A program made the position numbers and the translations under genes. Source: Deltaproteobacteria bacterium (lineage in GTDB: Bacteria > Omnitrophota > Gorgyraeia > Gygaellales > Profunditerraquicolaceae). From it: DNA of 64,000 nucleotides. The stretch lies in the NCBI GenBank assembly GCA_050258655.1, contig JBLMZF010000106.1, forward strand, positions 2,669 to 66,668. The letters are read 5' to 3'. The notes beneath the pieces were generated by a model. The model made no database searches and was not told the DNA's origin. It was given only the letters and a program-made list of their open reading frames with translations. Shown here piece by piece: positions 1 to 11,404 of this stretch (its first letter is position 1; each line of letters starts with the position of its first letter).

Positions 1-561
1 CCGGCCCTTCCTTCTTTTCCTTGATAAGGAACAGGAACAGCACGCCGAGCACCGCGGGTATCAGGGAGATCAGGAATATCTCGCGCACCGGGTCCTTGAG
101 CCCGATGACAAGCACGTACGCCAGGATCACGCCGAGGACCGCCCCGGTGCTGTCCAGGGCGCGGTGAAGGCCGTAGGCGGCGCCCCTTTTCCCCTCGGGG
201 GCGCTGTCGGCGATGATCGCGTCGCGGGGAGCGGTACGCACCCCTTTGCCGAAACGGTCGATCACGCGGCCGATCAGGACCGCGTGCCAGTTCACCGCGG
301 TGTACAGGAAGATTTTTCCCAGAGCTGAGGCGGAATAACCGCCTATGGTGAACGGAAGACGCTTGCGGATCCTGTCGGACCAGTAGCCTGAGAAAACCTT
401 CATCAGGCTGGCGAGGGATTCCGCGATGCCTTCGATCAATCCCAGTATCGCGGGGCTGGCGCCCAGGGTGGTGACGAGGAAGACCGGCAGTATCGGGTAG
501 ATCATCTCGCTGGAGATGTCGGTCAGGAGACTGGTGATGCCGAGCAGGATGATGTTGAGCA
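1..561 (-). CDS. MFS-type transporter, partial (runs off window start; N-terminal ~187 aa present)
   Basis: Minus-strand ATG at 559-561 translates to MLNIILLGITSLLTDISSEMIYPILPVFLVTTLGASPAILG... with several hydrophobic helices and a GRVIDRFGKGVRTAPRDAIIAD loop resembling MFS motif A. It is not in the ORF track because it lacks a stop inside the window. Confidence 0.6.
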
Positions 562-624
562 TTGCGCTCCAGCGCAACACCTGCGCGTATTCCGATCGCG
601 CAGGGTGCCACTGTCCGATTAAAG

Positions 625-2141
625 CTAGATCCTGTCGAAGAAATAGAAAATAGAGCCGAGCAGCACTATCAGCCAGCAAAAAGCGAGGAAGTAATCCCCG
701 TAAAGACCATAGACGGTGGGTGAGTGGTCCGTCTCGACCGCCACCGTCTCGGCCGACATGCCTTCGATGAACAGTTCCTTTCCTCCGGTATCGCGCACAA
801 TGCCTGAGATCCTGCCGGAACGGTCGATGAAACAGCTCACCCCCGTGTTCGCGCATCTGACCACCGGCACCCTGTTCTCCACCGCCCTGAACACCGCCGC
901 CTGACAATGCTGGTAGGTAGCCGGCGAATACCGGTACCAGGCGTCGTTGGTGATGTTGACCAGGAACGCGGCACCCTTGTTGACGAAGCGGCGCGCTATC
1001 TCAGGGAAGGTGTCCTCAAAACAGATCAGGCTGGAAAAAGGGACGCGGACCCCGTCCTTTCCCGTCACTGAGAAGACGGTAAAATCCTTCCCGCGCGCGA
1101 GTTCGCCTATGGGAGCCAGGGTCTCAAGGAACGTGAACACGTTACGCAGGGGGATGTACTCGCCGAAGGGGACAAGATGCGTCTTGTCATAGGTCGCGGT
1201 CACCTCGCCCGAAGGCATCAGGAGAAGCGCGCTGTTGTAGAACTTTTCGTCGCGGTGGGTGATAGCGCCGAGAAGAAGCGGGATCTTCCCGTCCTTTATC
1301 GCCGCTCTGGTCTGCGCGAAATACTCGGGGTCGTCCTCAAGGATCACCGGCAGGGCCGCTTCCGACCAGACAATCAGATCGGCGCCGCCCGAGACCGCCT
1401 CCTTCGAGAGCCGCAGGTGCGTCTCCATGATCTGTCTGCGCGCCTCGGGCAGCCATTTACGTTCATGCTCCACGTTCCCCTGTATGAGAGCGACCTTATA
1501 ACCGGCTCCGCGGGGACGCTCCGCCAACCGCATCGCGCCGTACCCGAGGCACAACGCCAGGACAAGCGCCGTAATGATCACCGATGCCGCCGACAGACGC
1601 TTCTCTCCGGCTATCTGGGATACGGCACCGTATACGCAGACATTGACCATCAGCACCAGGAACGACACTCCCCAGGCTCCGGTGATGTCGGCGAACTGGA
1701 TGACCGCCAGCTGCGATGTCTGTGTATAGGCGGCAAGCGCCCAGGGGAAACCGGTCATCAGGTGGCTGCGCAGGAACTCAAGAAGGACCCAGACGGAAGG
1801 TATGAAAAGAAGCTTGATGACGGAAAGACGGGTGCGCGTGGTGGAGAAGACGAGGCCGAAAACCGCGAAATACAGCGCAAGGTAAACGGCCATCCCGATC
1901 ATGCCGCCCAGCGTCACATGCATGAGCCAGTAGACCGTGGCTCCCCAGAAAAGGATCCCGGTGAGCATCGAAAGCAGGAAAGCCCGCCTCCTGGTCCTGC
2001 CCTGGATGGCGGCGAACCAGGGCACAAAGGCGACCCAGGCCAGGAACGGCCGGTCGGCATACGGGAAAGAAAGGAAAAGCAGGAAGGCCGAAAGCGCGCA
2101 CAGAGCTATTTCCAGGAAAGTACGGATTATGTCCCAGAGTC

Positions 2142-2157
<16 letters not shown>
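625..2157 (-). CDS. lnt: apolipoprotein N-acyltransferase
   Basis: 510 aa with an N-terminal polytopic membrane region followed by a CN-hydrolase-like domain (…VALIQGNVEHERKW…ICFEDTFPE…). Overlaps the secA stop by 16 nt. Confidence 0.85.
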
Positions 2158-5108
<2,951 letters not shown>

Positions 5109-5162
5109 TACCAGTTACTCCCTTCTATCCCACCGTTCCCGCTTCGTAAGCGGGAAGGGTCA

Positions 5163-6270
5163 TTATTTCTGTTTCATCCATTTCAGATAGGCCTCTATGA
5201 AACCGTCTATCTCCCCGTCAAGCACCGCCTGCGTGTTACCGGTCTCATAATCGGTGCGGTTGTCCTTCACCATCTGGTAGGGCTGCAGCACGTACGAACG
5301 GATCTGTGAACCCCACTCGATCTTCTTCTTCTCCGTCCCGACGGTCTTCTGCAGCTCCTCTTCCTTCTTGCGCTGCTCGTATTCGTATATCTTCGCCTTG
5401 AGGATCTTGAGCACGTTCTGCCTGTTCTGGTACTGCGAGCGCTCGTTCTGGCTCGACACCACGATCCCCGTCGGCTTATGGGTCATCCTGACCGCCGTAT
5501 CCGTCTTCTGCATGTGCTGGCCGCCCGGACCGGAAGCCCTGTATGTCTCGATGACCAGGTCCTTCTCCTCGATCTTGATCTCGCCGGTCTCCTCGATCTC
5601 GGGAAAAATGTCGACTGAGGCGAACGAGGTATGGCGGCGCTTGTTGGCGTCGAACGGCGAGATGCGCACCAGGCGGTGGACGCCGCGCTCAGACTTAAGG
5701 TACCCGAACGCGTAGGGGCCTTCGATAAGGATTGTGACGTTCTTGATGCCGGCCTCTTCGCCGTACAGGATGTCTATGGTCTTGACCCCGAAGCCCCTGC
5801 GTTCGGCCCAGCGCGTGTAAAGGCGCAGGAGCATCGAAGCCCAGTCGCAGGATTCCGTGCCGCCCGCTCCGGAGTTAATGCTCAGGTACGCGGAGTTCGG
5901 GTCGAACGGACCGTCAAGCAGCGTCCTGGACTCGATCGCCTCGACTTCCCCGACCAGCGCCGCCGAACTGCGGTCGAGGTCGGCCACCATATCCGGCTCC
6001 CCCTCGCCGGTGATAGCGGCTATCTCTTTAAGTTCTTCAAAACGCTTGTGCGCCTGTTCCCACGGCTCGACGACTGTCTTGAGGGATTTCAATTCCTTGA
6101 CGGTCCTGGAAGAGGATGCTTCATCGTTCCAGAACTCGGGGCTGGACATGAGGCCGGAAAGCTCGGCTATCTTGTGCTTCTTGCCCTCGATGTCAAAGAT
6201 ACCCTCGTAGGTTGCGCAGGATCTGCTCGATCGAGGAAAGGCGGACGTTGACGTCTTCGAGTAACGGCAT
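5163..6270 (-). CDS. prfB: peptide chain release factor 2, with programmed +1 ribosomal frameshift near 6195
   Basis: The downstream frame has the RF2-specific SPF motif and GGQ (…RISPFDANKRRHTSFASVD…GPGGQHMQKTDTAVRMTHKPTG…). The N-terminus MPLLEDVNVRLSSIEQILRNLRGYL ends at an in-frame TGA within CGAGGG TAT CTT TGA C. That is the canonical SD-like plus CUU UGA C shift site. A +1 shift continues as DIEGKKHKIAELSGLMSSPEFWND…. Confidence 0.9.
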
Positions 6271-6284
6271 AGGTATCCTTGGGT

Positions 6285-7358
6285 TTAGCGTTTCTTTATG
6301 CCCTTGAGGGCGAGAGAGAACTCGTCGGGGTTGTCGGAGAAGCTGGTCGCCTCTTCCACGCTGACCTTGCCCGCCTTGACGAGCCTGACCAGCGACTGGT
6401 CGAAGGAGTGCATACCGAACACTTCCGAATCCTCTATGAACTTGTTCATCTCCCAGATCTTGTTCTCCCTGATCAGCCTGCTTATCGTCGGGGAAAGCAG
6501 CATGACCTCGGACGCCGGGACGCGTTCGCTGCCGTCCTGAGTCGGGATAAGCCGCAGCGAGATCACGCCCTTGAGCAGCTGCGAGAGCTGGGAGCATACC
6601 TGGTTATGCTGGTGCGGGGGGAAGAAATTTATCATTCGCTCCGCGGTCTGGCAGGCGTTGACCGTATGCAGGGTGCTCAGCACGAGCACTCCCGTCTCGG
6701 CGGCCGTCAAAGCGGCCTGCATCGTCTCCATGTCGCGGATGTTCCCTATATAGATCACGTCGGGGCTCTGGAGCGTGAACGAACGCAGGGCGGCGGAATA
6801 GGAAGAAACGTCCTTGCCCAGCTCCCTCTGGTTGATGATGCAGTTCTTGTCCTGGAACGTGAACTCGATCGGCTCCTCGAGGGTGAAGATGTGCCTGTTG
6901 GCGTTGACGTTGATGTACTCGATCATGCTGGCGATCGTCGTCGATTTCCCCGAGCCCATCGTGCCTGTCAGCAGGATTATGCCGCGCCGCTCCATCGCCA
7001 GCTTCTTGAGCGTCTCGGCAGGCAGGCCGAGCTCTTCCATGGTCTTGATGAACGTCGGGACGTTACGGATGACTATCGAGGGGTAGTTGCGCTGGGTAAA
7101 GATGCTGACGCGGAAACGGTGCTTGAGTTCCTGGCTGTAGTAGGCGAACTCGATGTCCAGGCTCTTCTTGAAGAACTCCCTGAGCTCCTCGGAAAGGAGG
7201 CGCTGAAGGGCGAAATCCATATCCGTCAGGTTGACGATGTCGTCCCCGAGCTTGACTATCTGGCCGTTAAGGCGCATGCGGACGGTGCCACCGACCCTGA
7301 AAAAAAGGTCGGACGCGTTCTTTTCGACCATCGTCCGAAGGCAATCGAGTATCTCCAA
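6285..7358 (-). CDS. pilT: type IV pilus retraction ATPase PilT/PilU family
   Basis: 357 aa. Walker A LLTGTMGSGKSTT; PilT-like Asp box and His box region (…IFTLEEPIEF…VIYIGNIRDMET…STLHTVNA…). Confidence 0.85.
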   Translation of the reverse strand: MEILDCLRTMVEKNASDLFFRVGGTVRMRLNGQIVKLGDDIVNLTDMDFALQRLLSEELREFFKKSLDIEFAYYSQELKHRFRVSIFTQRNYPSIVIRNVPTFIKTMEELGLPAETLKKLAMERRGIILLTGTMGSGKSTTIASMIEYINVNANRHIFTLEEPIEFTFQDKNCIINQRELGKDVSSYSAALRSFTLQSPDVIYIGNIRDMETMQAALTAAETGVLVLSTLHTVNACQTAERMINFFPPHQHNQVCSQLSQLLKGVISLRLIPTQDGSERVPASEVMLLSPTISRLIRENKIWEMNKFIEDSEVFGMHSFDQSLVRLVKAGKVSVEEATSFSDNPDEFSLALKGIKKR

Positions 7359-7407
7359 TCTTCCTCCGCTGTTTTTTCGTAACCGATTGTGCTAATTATT
7401 ATACCAC

Positions 7408-8898
7408 TCAGCGGCGCTTTTCCGTAGTAAAAAATTTCATGCCTTTCCCGAGGAAAAGGCGCGTCTGAGCGTCCAGGGCGGGGGTCGATCCGAGGATGAT
7501 GATGATGACGGGAGCGATGATCCATTCCATGGCTATCAGCACGTTCTTGAGCCAGCTGACACCCTTCGGCCGGGGAGGCAGGATGGTGCGGCTCAGGAGC
7601 ACCCAGACGATACTGGTGCAGAGCGTCAGGTTGAGCAGAAACCCTGTGATACGAGGGAGGTTAAAGCCGATCGGCATCTGCCGGAAGAAGACCCCTCCCA
7701 GGAAGATCGGGAGGGGCGCGATGAAGACGATGATGACCGCCCAGCAGGCCCAGGTGACGTGGCTTTCGAACAGGTGGAACGAACGGCGGACCTTGAGACC
7801 CGCGGGGACACCCTCCTCCCTCAGGAAACGGCGCACCACGTAAGGGAAGTTCTCCACGCCCCAGGCCCACCTGCGCTTCTGCTTGTACTGGAGTCCGATC
7901 GTGCTCAGGACATCCCTGCCGTAAGCGGCGTCCATGGAAACGGTCGTGTACAGCGGGATGACGCGGTACTCGCCCTTATAATGGAGGAACGCTTTCCAGT
8001 AGATGACCGAATCGTCCGAGATCATGTCCACCGGCCAGTAGTCTATATCCACAAGGGTCTTGAAACTCATGCTGTGGCTGGAAAAAGTGACGAACTTCTC
8101 CAGCCTCATGCTCTCTATCATCTGTGAGAACGACGAGGACATCTCCACCACGCGCGCGAACGAAGGCGCGGTCCAGATGTTGTTGTTGTAGACCGGGATG
8201 GGCTGGTAGCTGGCCTGGTGCGGGTGGGGGTTGGTCAGGAAATGGTACGCCAGGCACCCGAAATATTCCGGATGACAGCAGGTGTCCGCGTCGAAGCAGG
8301 AGACGATCACCGACTCCAGCGGTATCTTCCTGCCCTCGATGAACTCCTTCGCGCGCTTGCCCGCCCAGGTGGCGTTGGCTCCCTTCATGCGCTCCTCGCC
8401 GGGGAGCCCGTCCGGATGGAACGTGGTGATATACCCGAAGAAGTCATGCTTGAATTCCTTCTCGAGCACTTCGGCGGTCTGCCGGGAAGGCTTGTGGCGC
8501 TCCTCGAACGACACGACGGCGATGATCCTGTTGAGCGGGTAATGGCTTTCCTTGAGCGCCTGCAGCGAAGGACGCAGTATCTCAAGCCCCTCCTTGTACA
8601 CGGGGAACAGCACCAGCTGATAGACCCCGTCGAACCCCTTGTGGCGCTCGGCCATCCTGAGCCAGTTCCTGTCCTTCTCTTTCTGCAGCCTCCTGTGGGC
8701 CATCAGCAGGAGGATGGTCAGGTAAAGGGTCCTGATGATCCAGTAGAACTCGAAGATGATGATCAGCACCGCGCTGACCACCGGCCTGAACACGGCCAGC
8801 ACGATCAGGGCGATGATGAAGAACCACGAGACTCCGCCCGGCACCATCTCGAGGAAGCGGAACACCCTGTCTTTCTGCGTCTTGACCAGTTCGCTCAT
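7408..8898 (-). CDS. integral-membrane family 2 glycosyltransferase
   Basis: 496 aa with N- and C-terminal TM bundles flanking a GT-A domain carrying a DxD (VIVSCFDADTCCHPEYF). The start overlaps the PEGA gene stop (ATGA). Confidence 0.7.
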   Translation of the reverse strand: MSELVKTQKDRVFRFLEMVPGGVSWFFIIALIVLAVFRPVVSAVLIIIFEFYWIIRTLYLTILLLMAHRRLQKEKDRNWLRMAERHKGFDGVYQLVLFPVYKEGLEILRPSLQALKESHYPLNRIIAVVSFEERHKPSRQTAEVLEKEFKHDFFGYITTFHPDGLPGEERMKGANATWAGKRAKEFIEGRKIPLESVIVSCFDADTCCHPEYFGCLAYHFLTNPHPHQASYQPIPVYNNNIWTAPSFARVVEMSSSFSQMIESMRLEKFVTFSSHSMSFKTLVDIDYWPVDMISDDSVIYWKAFLHYKGEYRVIPLYTTVSMDAAYGRDVLSTIGLQYKQKRRWAWGVENFPYVVRRFLREEGVPAGLKVRRSFHLFESHVTWACWAVIIVFIAPLPIFLGGVFFRQMPIGFNLPRITGFLLNLTLCTSIVWVLLSRTILPPRPKGVSWLKNVLIAMEWIIAPVIIIILGSTPALDAQTRLFLGKGMKFFTTEKRR

Positions 8899-9758
8899 TT
8901 GTCCTTGTCGTCCCCGAAATTCTTGCGCATAAAGTCGCGGAAAAGGTAAAGTTTGCGGCCGAGCTCCAGCCTGTACACGTTCTCGTACGGCCTGTTGTCC
9001 GCGCCCGACTGCGAATCCTGGAAATAGAGGATATCCCCGTCGCTCTCGTAGAACAGTTTCCTTGGGTCGGAGTTGAGCTTCATCAGCACGAAAGGCTGGG
9101 CTCCCGGGCGCGTCTCGAGCATACAGATCTCCCTCCCCCTCAGGACGACGATATGGTAGTTGTCGGAATACCAGAAGACCTCTTTGATCGGCCCTGACAG
9201 CTGAAGGACGAACGAACTGTTCTGCGGTGCGCCCGGCTCGAGGTCGACTATCCCCACCATTTCATCATTGTAATAAAGCACGCTTTTGCGGTCAGGCGAG
9301 ACCTTCCACTCTTTCGCTCCCCCGGGCAGGGGGAAGAACTCCGCTATCTTCTCCGGGCGCTCGCCGGAGAAATCGGAGCGGTAGAGGCTGTTCGAGTCGG
9401 AAGCGACGTAATAGATCTGCCTGTCCTCGTCGATCCAGAACCAGGAGATCTGCTCGCGGTTGACCTTCTGTACGTCGGGACGCAGCGGGAAGAGCAGTAT
9501 CTTTTCCAGGCGCGCCACCGAGCTCGCTTTCACCTCGACATCCTGGCTGTACGGGTAATACCCGGACAGTCTCAGCTCGACCTTGTAGTTCCCGGGCAGA
9601 AGCTCAGTGATGCCGCACGGTGTCTTTTCGTTGAGCGGCGCTCCGTTCAGGAAGACCCCCGCCCCCGCGGGCTGGCTTTTCAAAGAGATAAGACCCGTAC
9701 GGGTAAAGGTCCAGGTCGCGCGGTTGAACTTGTAACCGAGCGTGTAGGTGAGGATCAT
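8895..9758 (-). CDS. PEGA-domain / beta-propeller-like membrane-anchored protein
   Basis: TM anchor AVLYYFSAAVFFTGLPMIL, then a PEGA-like beta-sandwich (LPGNYKVELRLSGYYPYSQDVEVKASSVARL), then a repetitive beta-rich region. The start is ambiguous (ATG 9758 or GTG 9830). The long ORF-track N-terminus overlaps the MGMT-like gene in another frame and is probably not translated. Confidence 0.5.
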   Translation of the reverse strand: MILTYTLGYKFNRATWTFTRTGLISLKSQPAGAGVFLNGAPLNEKTPCGITELLPGNYKVELRLSGYYPYSQDVEVKASSVARLEKILLFPLRPDVQKVNREQISWFWIDEDRQIYYVASDSNSLYRSDFSGERPEKIAEFFPLPGGAKEWKVSPDRKSVLYYNDEMVGIVDLEPGAPQNSSFVLQLSGPIKEVFWYSDNYHIVVLRGREICMLETRPGAQPFVLMKLNSDPRKLFYESDGDILYFQDSQSGADNRPYENVYRLELGRKLYLFRDFMRKNFGDDKDK

Positions 9759-9808
9759 CGGCAGCCCGGTGAAGAACACCGCCGCGCTGAAATAATAGAG
9801 GACCGCCC

Positions 9809-10087
9809 TTATCTTTTGTTCTCTGACCACAGCCTGATCTCTCTTTCCATGGCAAGAAGCCGTCTCTTCTTCGCGCTCCCGCCGGCGAAACCCCCGAGCG
9901 AGCCGTCGCTTTTGACCACGCGGTGGCAGGGGACGAGCGGCGCGTACGGGTTGCGGTTGAGCGCGTTGCCGACGGCGCGGCAGGCGCGCGGCCTGCCGAT
10001 CCTGGCGGCGACCCATTGATAGCTTCTGGTCTCGCCGACCGGTATCTCCATCACCGCCTTATATACCTTCTTCTCGAACTCCGTCAT
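9809..10087 (-). CDS. minimal methylated-DNA-protein-cysteine methyltransferase (MGMT/Ogt C-terminal DNA-binding domain only)
   Basis: 92 aa. MGMT HTH plus active-site PCHRV motif (…YQWVAARIGRPRACRAVGNALNRNPYAPLVPCHRVV…). It lacks the N-terminal domain of canonical Ogt. Confidence 0.75.
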   Translation of the reverse strand: MTEFEKKVYKAVMEIPVGETRSYQWVAARIGRPRACRAVGNALNRNPYAPLVPCHRVVKSDGSLGGFAGGSAKKRRLLAMEREIRLWSENKR

Positions 10088-10101
10088 CTCTCCACCTTTT
10101 C

Positions 10102-10137
10102 AACTTCGTAAGTTGAAAATTTTCAACTTACGAAGTT
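10102..10137. repeat. perfect 36-bp palindrome (aacttcgtaagttgaaaa|ttttcaacttacgaagtt) with a nested hairpin ttttcaact-tcgta-agttgaaaa starting at 10097
   Basis: Read directly in the 59-bp gap between the uvrC-like stop and the MGMT-like start. The sequence is related to the REP arms at 17260 and 17981 and to a half-copy at 20837-20863. Confidence 0.8.
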
Positions 10138-10145
10138 ACCGTGGT

Positions 10146-11399
10146 TTATTTCTCGCCTAAGACCTTCTTCCGGTGCAATAAATGGTGGTACACGCGGGCG
10201 AAGCGATGGGCTTCGTCCCGGACACGGCGGACCAGATTGAGCCCGGGAGTGTCCTCGCGGAAACTCACCGGCTCTTCCCTGCCCGGCACGTAGATGTTTT
10301 CCTGTTCCTTGGCCAGGGCGATCATCGGTATATCCAGCCCCAGCGCTCGTATCTCTCCCAGCGCCGCCTCGAGGTGCTGGCGGCCGCCGTCTATCAGTAT
10401 CAGGTCCGGCATCTGCCGGTTCTCCACCTTGAGCCTGTAGTATCTGCGCCGGACCACCTCTCGGATCATCGCGTAGTCGTCGATCCTGTCCACGGTCTTG
10501 ATCCGGAACCGGCGGTAATTGTCCTTATCAGGGGAACCCTTCAGGAAGCTCACCATCGACCCGGTCGCTTCCTTACCGGAGATATTGGCGATGTCGAAGG
10601 CCTCGATGCGTATCGGAGGGCGGTCCATGCCGGCGATCTTGCGCAGCTCCTCGATACCATTGAGGTTCAGGAACTCATTGCCCCTGCTGACCGCGCTCAA
10701 CGCATGTATCTGGTCGCGGATCTTGGCGGCGTCCTCGAACCGCCGTTCCTTCGCGGCGAGGTTCATCTTCTCCGAAAGCCGGAAGGCCAGTTCATCATAC
10801 CGCGAATCGAGTACCAGCTGGATATCCTTGATTATCTCAGCGTATCGCTGTTTGGTCAACTTCCCTTTGCAGGGGCCGGGGCACAGCTTCAGCCGGAAAT
10901 AAAGGCACGGCTGCCTTGGCATCACGTTGCAGGAACGGAAACCGAAGATGCGGCGGATGACCTTGAGAGCCTGCCGCAGGAGATTGGCGCTGGTGTACGG
11001 CCCGTAATAGGTCGACCCGTCCTTCGTGTGGAGCTCGCCCTTCTGCTTCCGGCACACCATCACGACAGGGAAATCGTCGCCGGTGATGCGTATCATCGGG
11101 AAGGACTTGTCGTCCTTGAGGCTGATGTTGTACCTGGGCTGCTTTTCCTTGATCAGCGACGCTTCCCACAGCTGGGCCTGGAACTCTGTAGGTGAAAGGA
11201 TATACTCGAGGTCCTCGACCTGCGAGACCATCGCCTGGGTCTTCGAATTGAGGAATCTGCCGAAGTAGGAGGAAACCCGCTTCTTCAGGGACTTCGCCTT
11301 GCCGATATATATGATCTCCCCCTTCGCGTTCTTGAAAAGGTATACTCCGGGAGAATCCGGGAGAGCCTTGACCTTGTCTTTTACTTTTCCTGTGCTCAT
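10146..11399 (-). CDS. uvrC: excinuclease ABC subunit C homolog, short form (GIY-YIG plus UvrC endonuclease domains, no C-terminal HhH)
   Basis: N-terminal GIY-YIG (GVYLFKNAKGEIIYIGKAKSLKKRVSSYF). Central UVR-like region. RNase-H-like domain (RIEAFDIANISGKEATGSMVSF). Ends about 150 aa short of canonical UvrC. Probable start is MSTGKV at 11399. Confidence 0.8.
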   Translation of the reverse strand: MSTGKVKDKVKALPDSPGVYLFKNAKGEIIYIGKAKSLKKRVSSYFGRFLNSKTQAMVSQVEDLEYILSPTEFQAQLWEASLIKEKQPRYNISLKDDKSFPMIRITGDDFPVVMVCRKQKGELHTKDGSTYYGPYTSANLLRQALKVIRRIFGFRSCNVMPRQPCLYFRLKLCPGPCKGKLTKQRYAEIIKDIQLVLDSRYDELAFRLSEKMNLAAKERRFEDAAKIRDQIHALSAVSRGNEFLNLNGIEELRKIAGMDRPPIRIEAFDIANISGKEATGSMVSFLKGSPDKDNYRRFRIKTVDRIDDYAMIREVVRRRYYRLKVENRQMPDLILIDGGRQHLEAALGEIRALGLDIPMIALAKEQENIYVPGREEPVSFREDTPGLNLVRRVRDEAHRFARVYHHLLHRKKVLGEK

Positions 11400-11404
11400 G
11401 ATCC

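Noticed and set aside
6193-6597. 134-aa minus-strand ORF treated as a separate gene
   Set aside because: Only its last 26 codons are real: they are the pre-frameshift N-terminus of prfB. The rest overlaps pilT on the same strand in another frame and looks like low-complexity Arg/Gly/Gln antisense-type sequence.
9759-10016. N-terminal roughly 86-aa extension of the PEGA-protein ORF (MGRRQDRQAARLPRRRQRAQ…)
   Set aside because: It overlaps the well-supported MGMT-like gene in another frame and is Arg-rich low complexity. The real start is at or after the TM helix.
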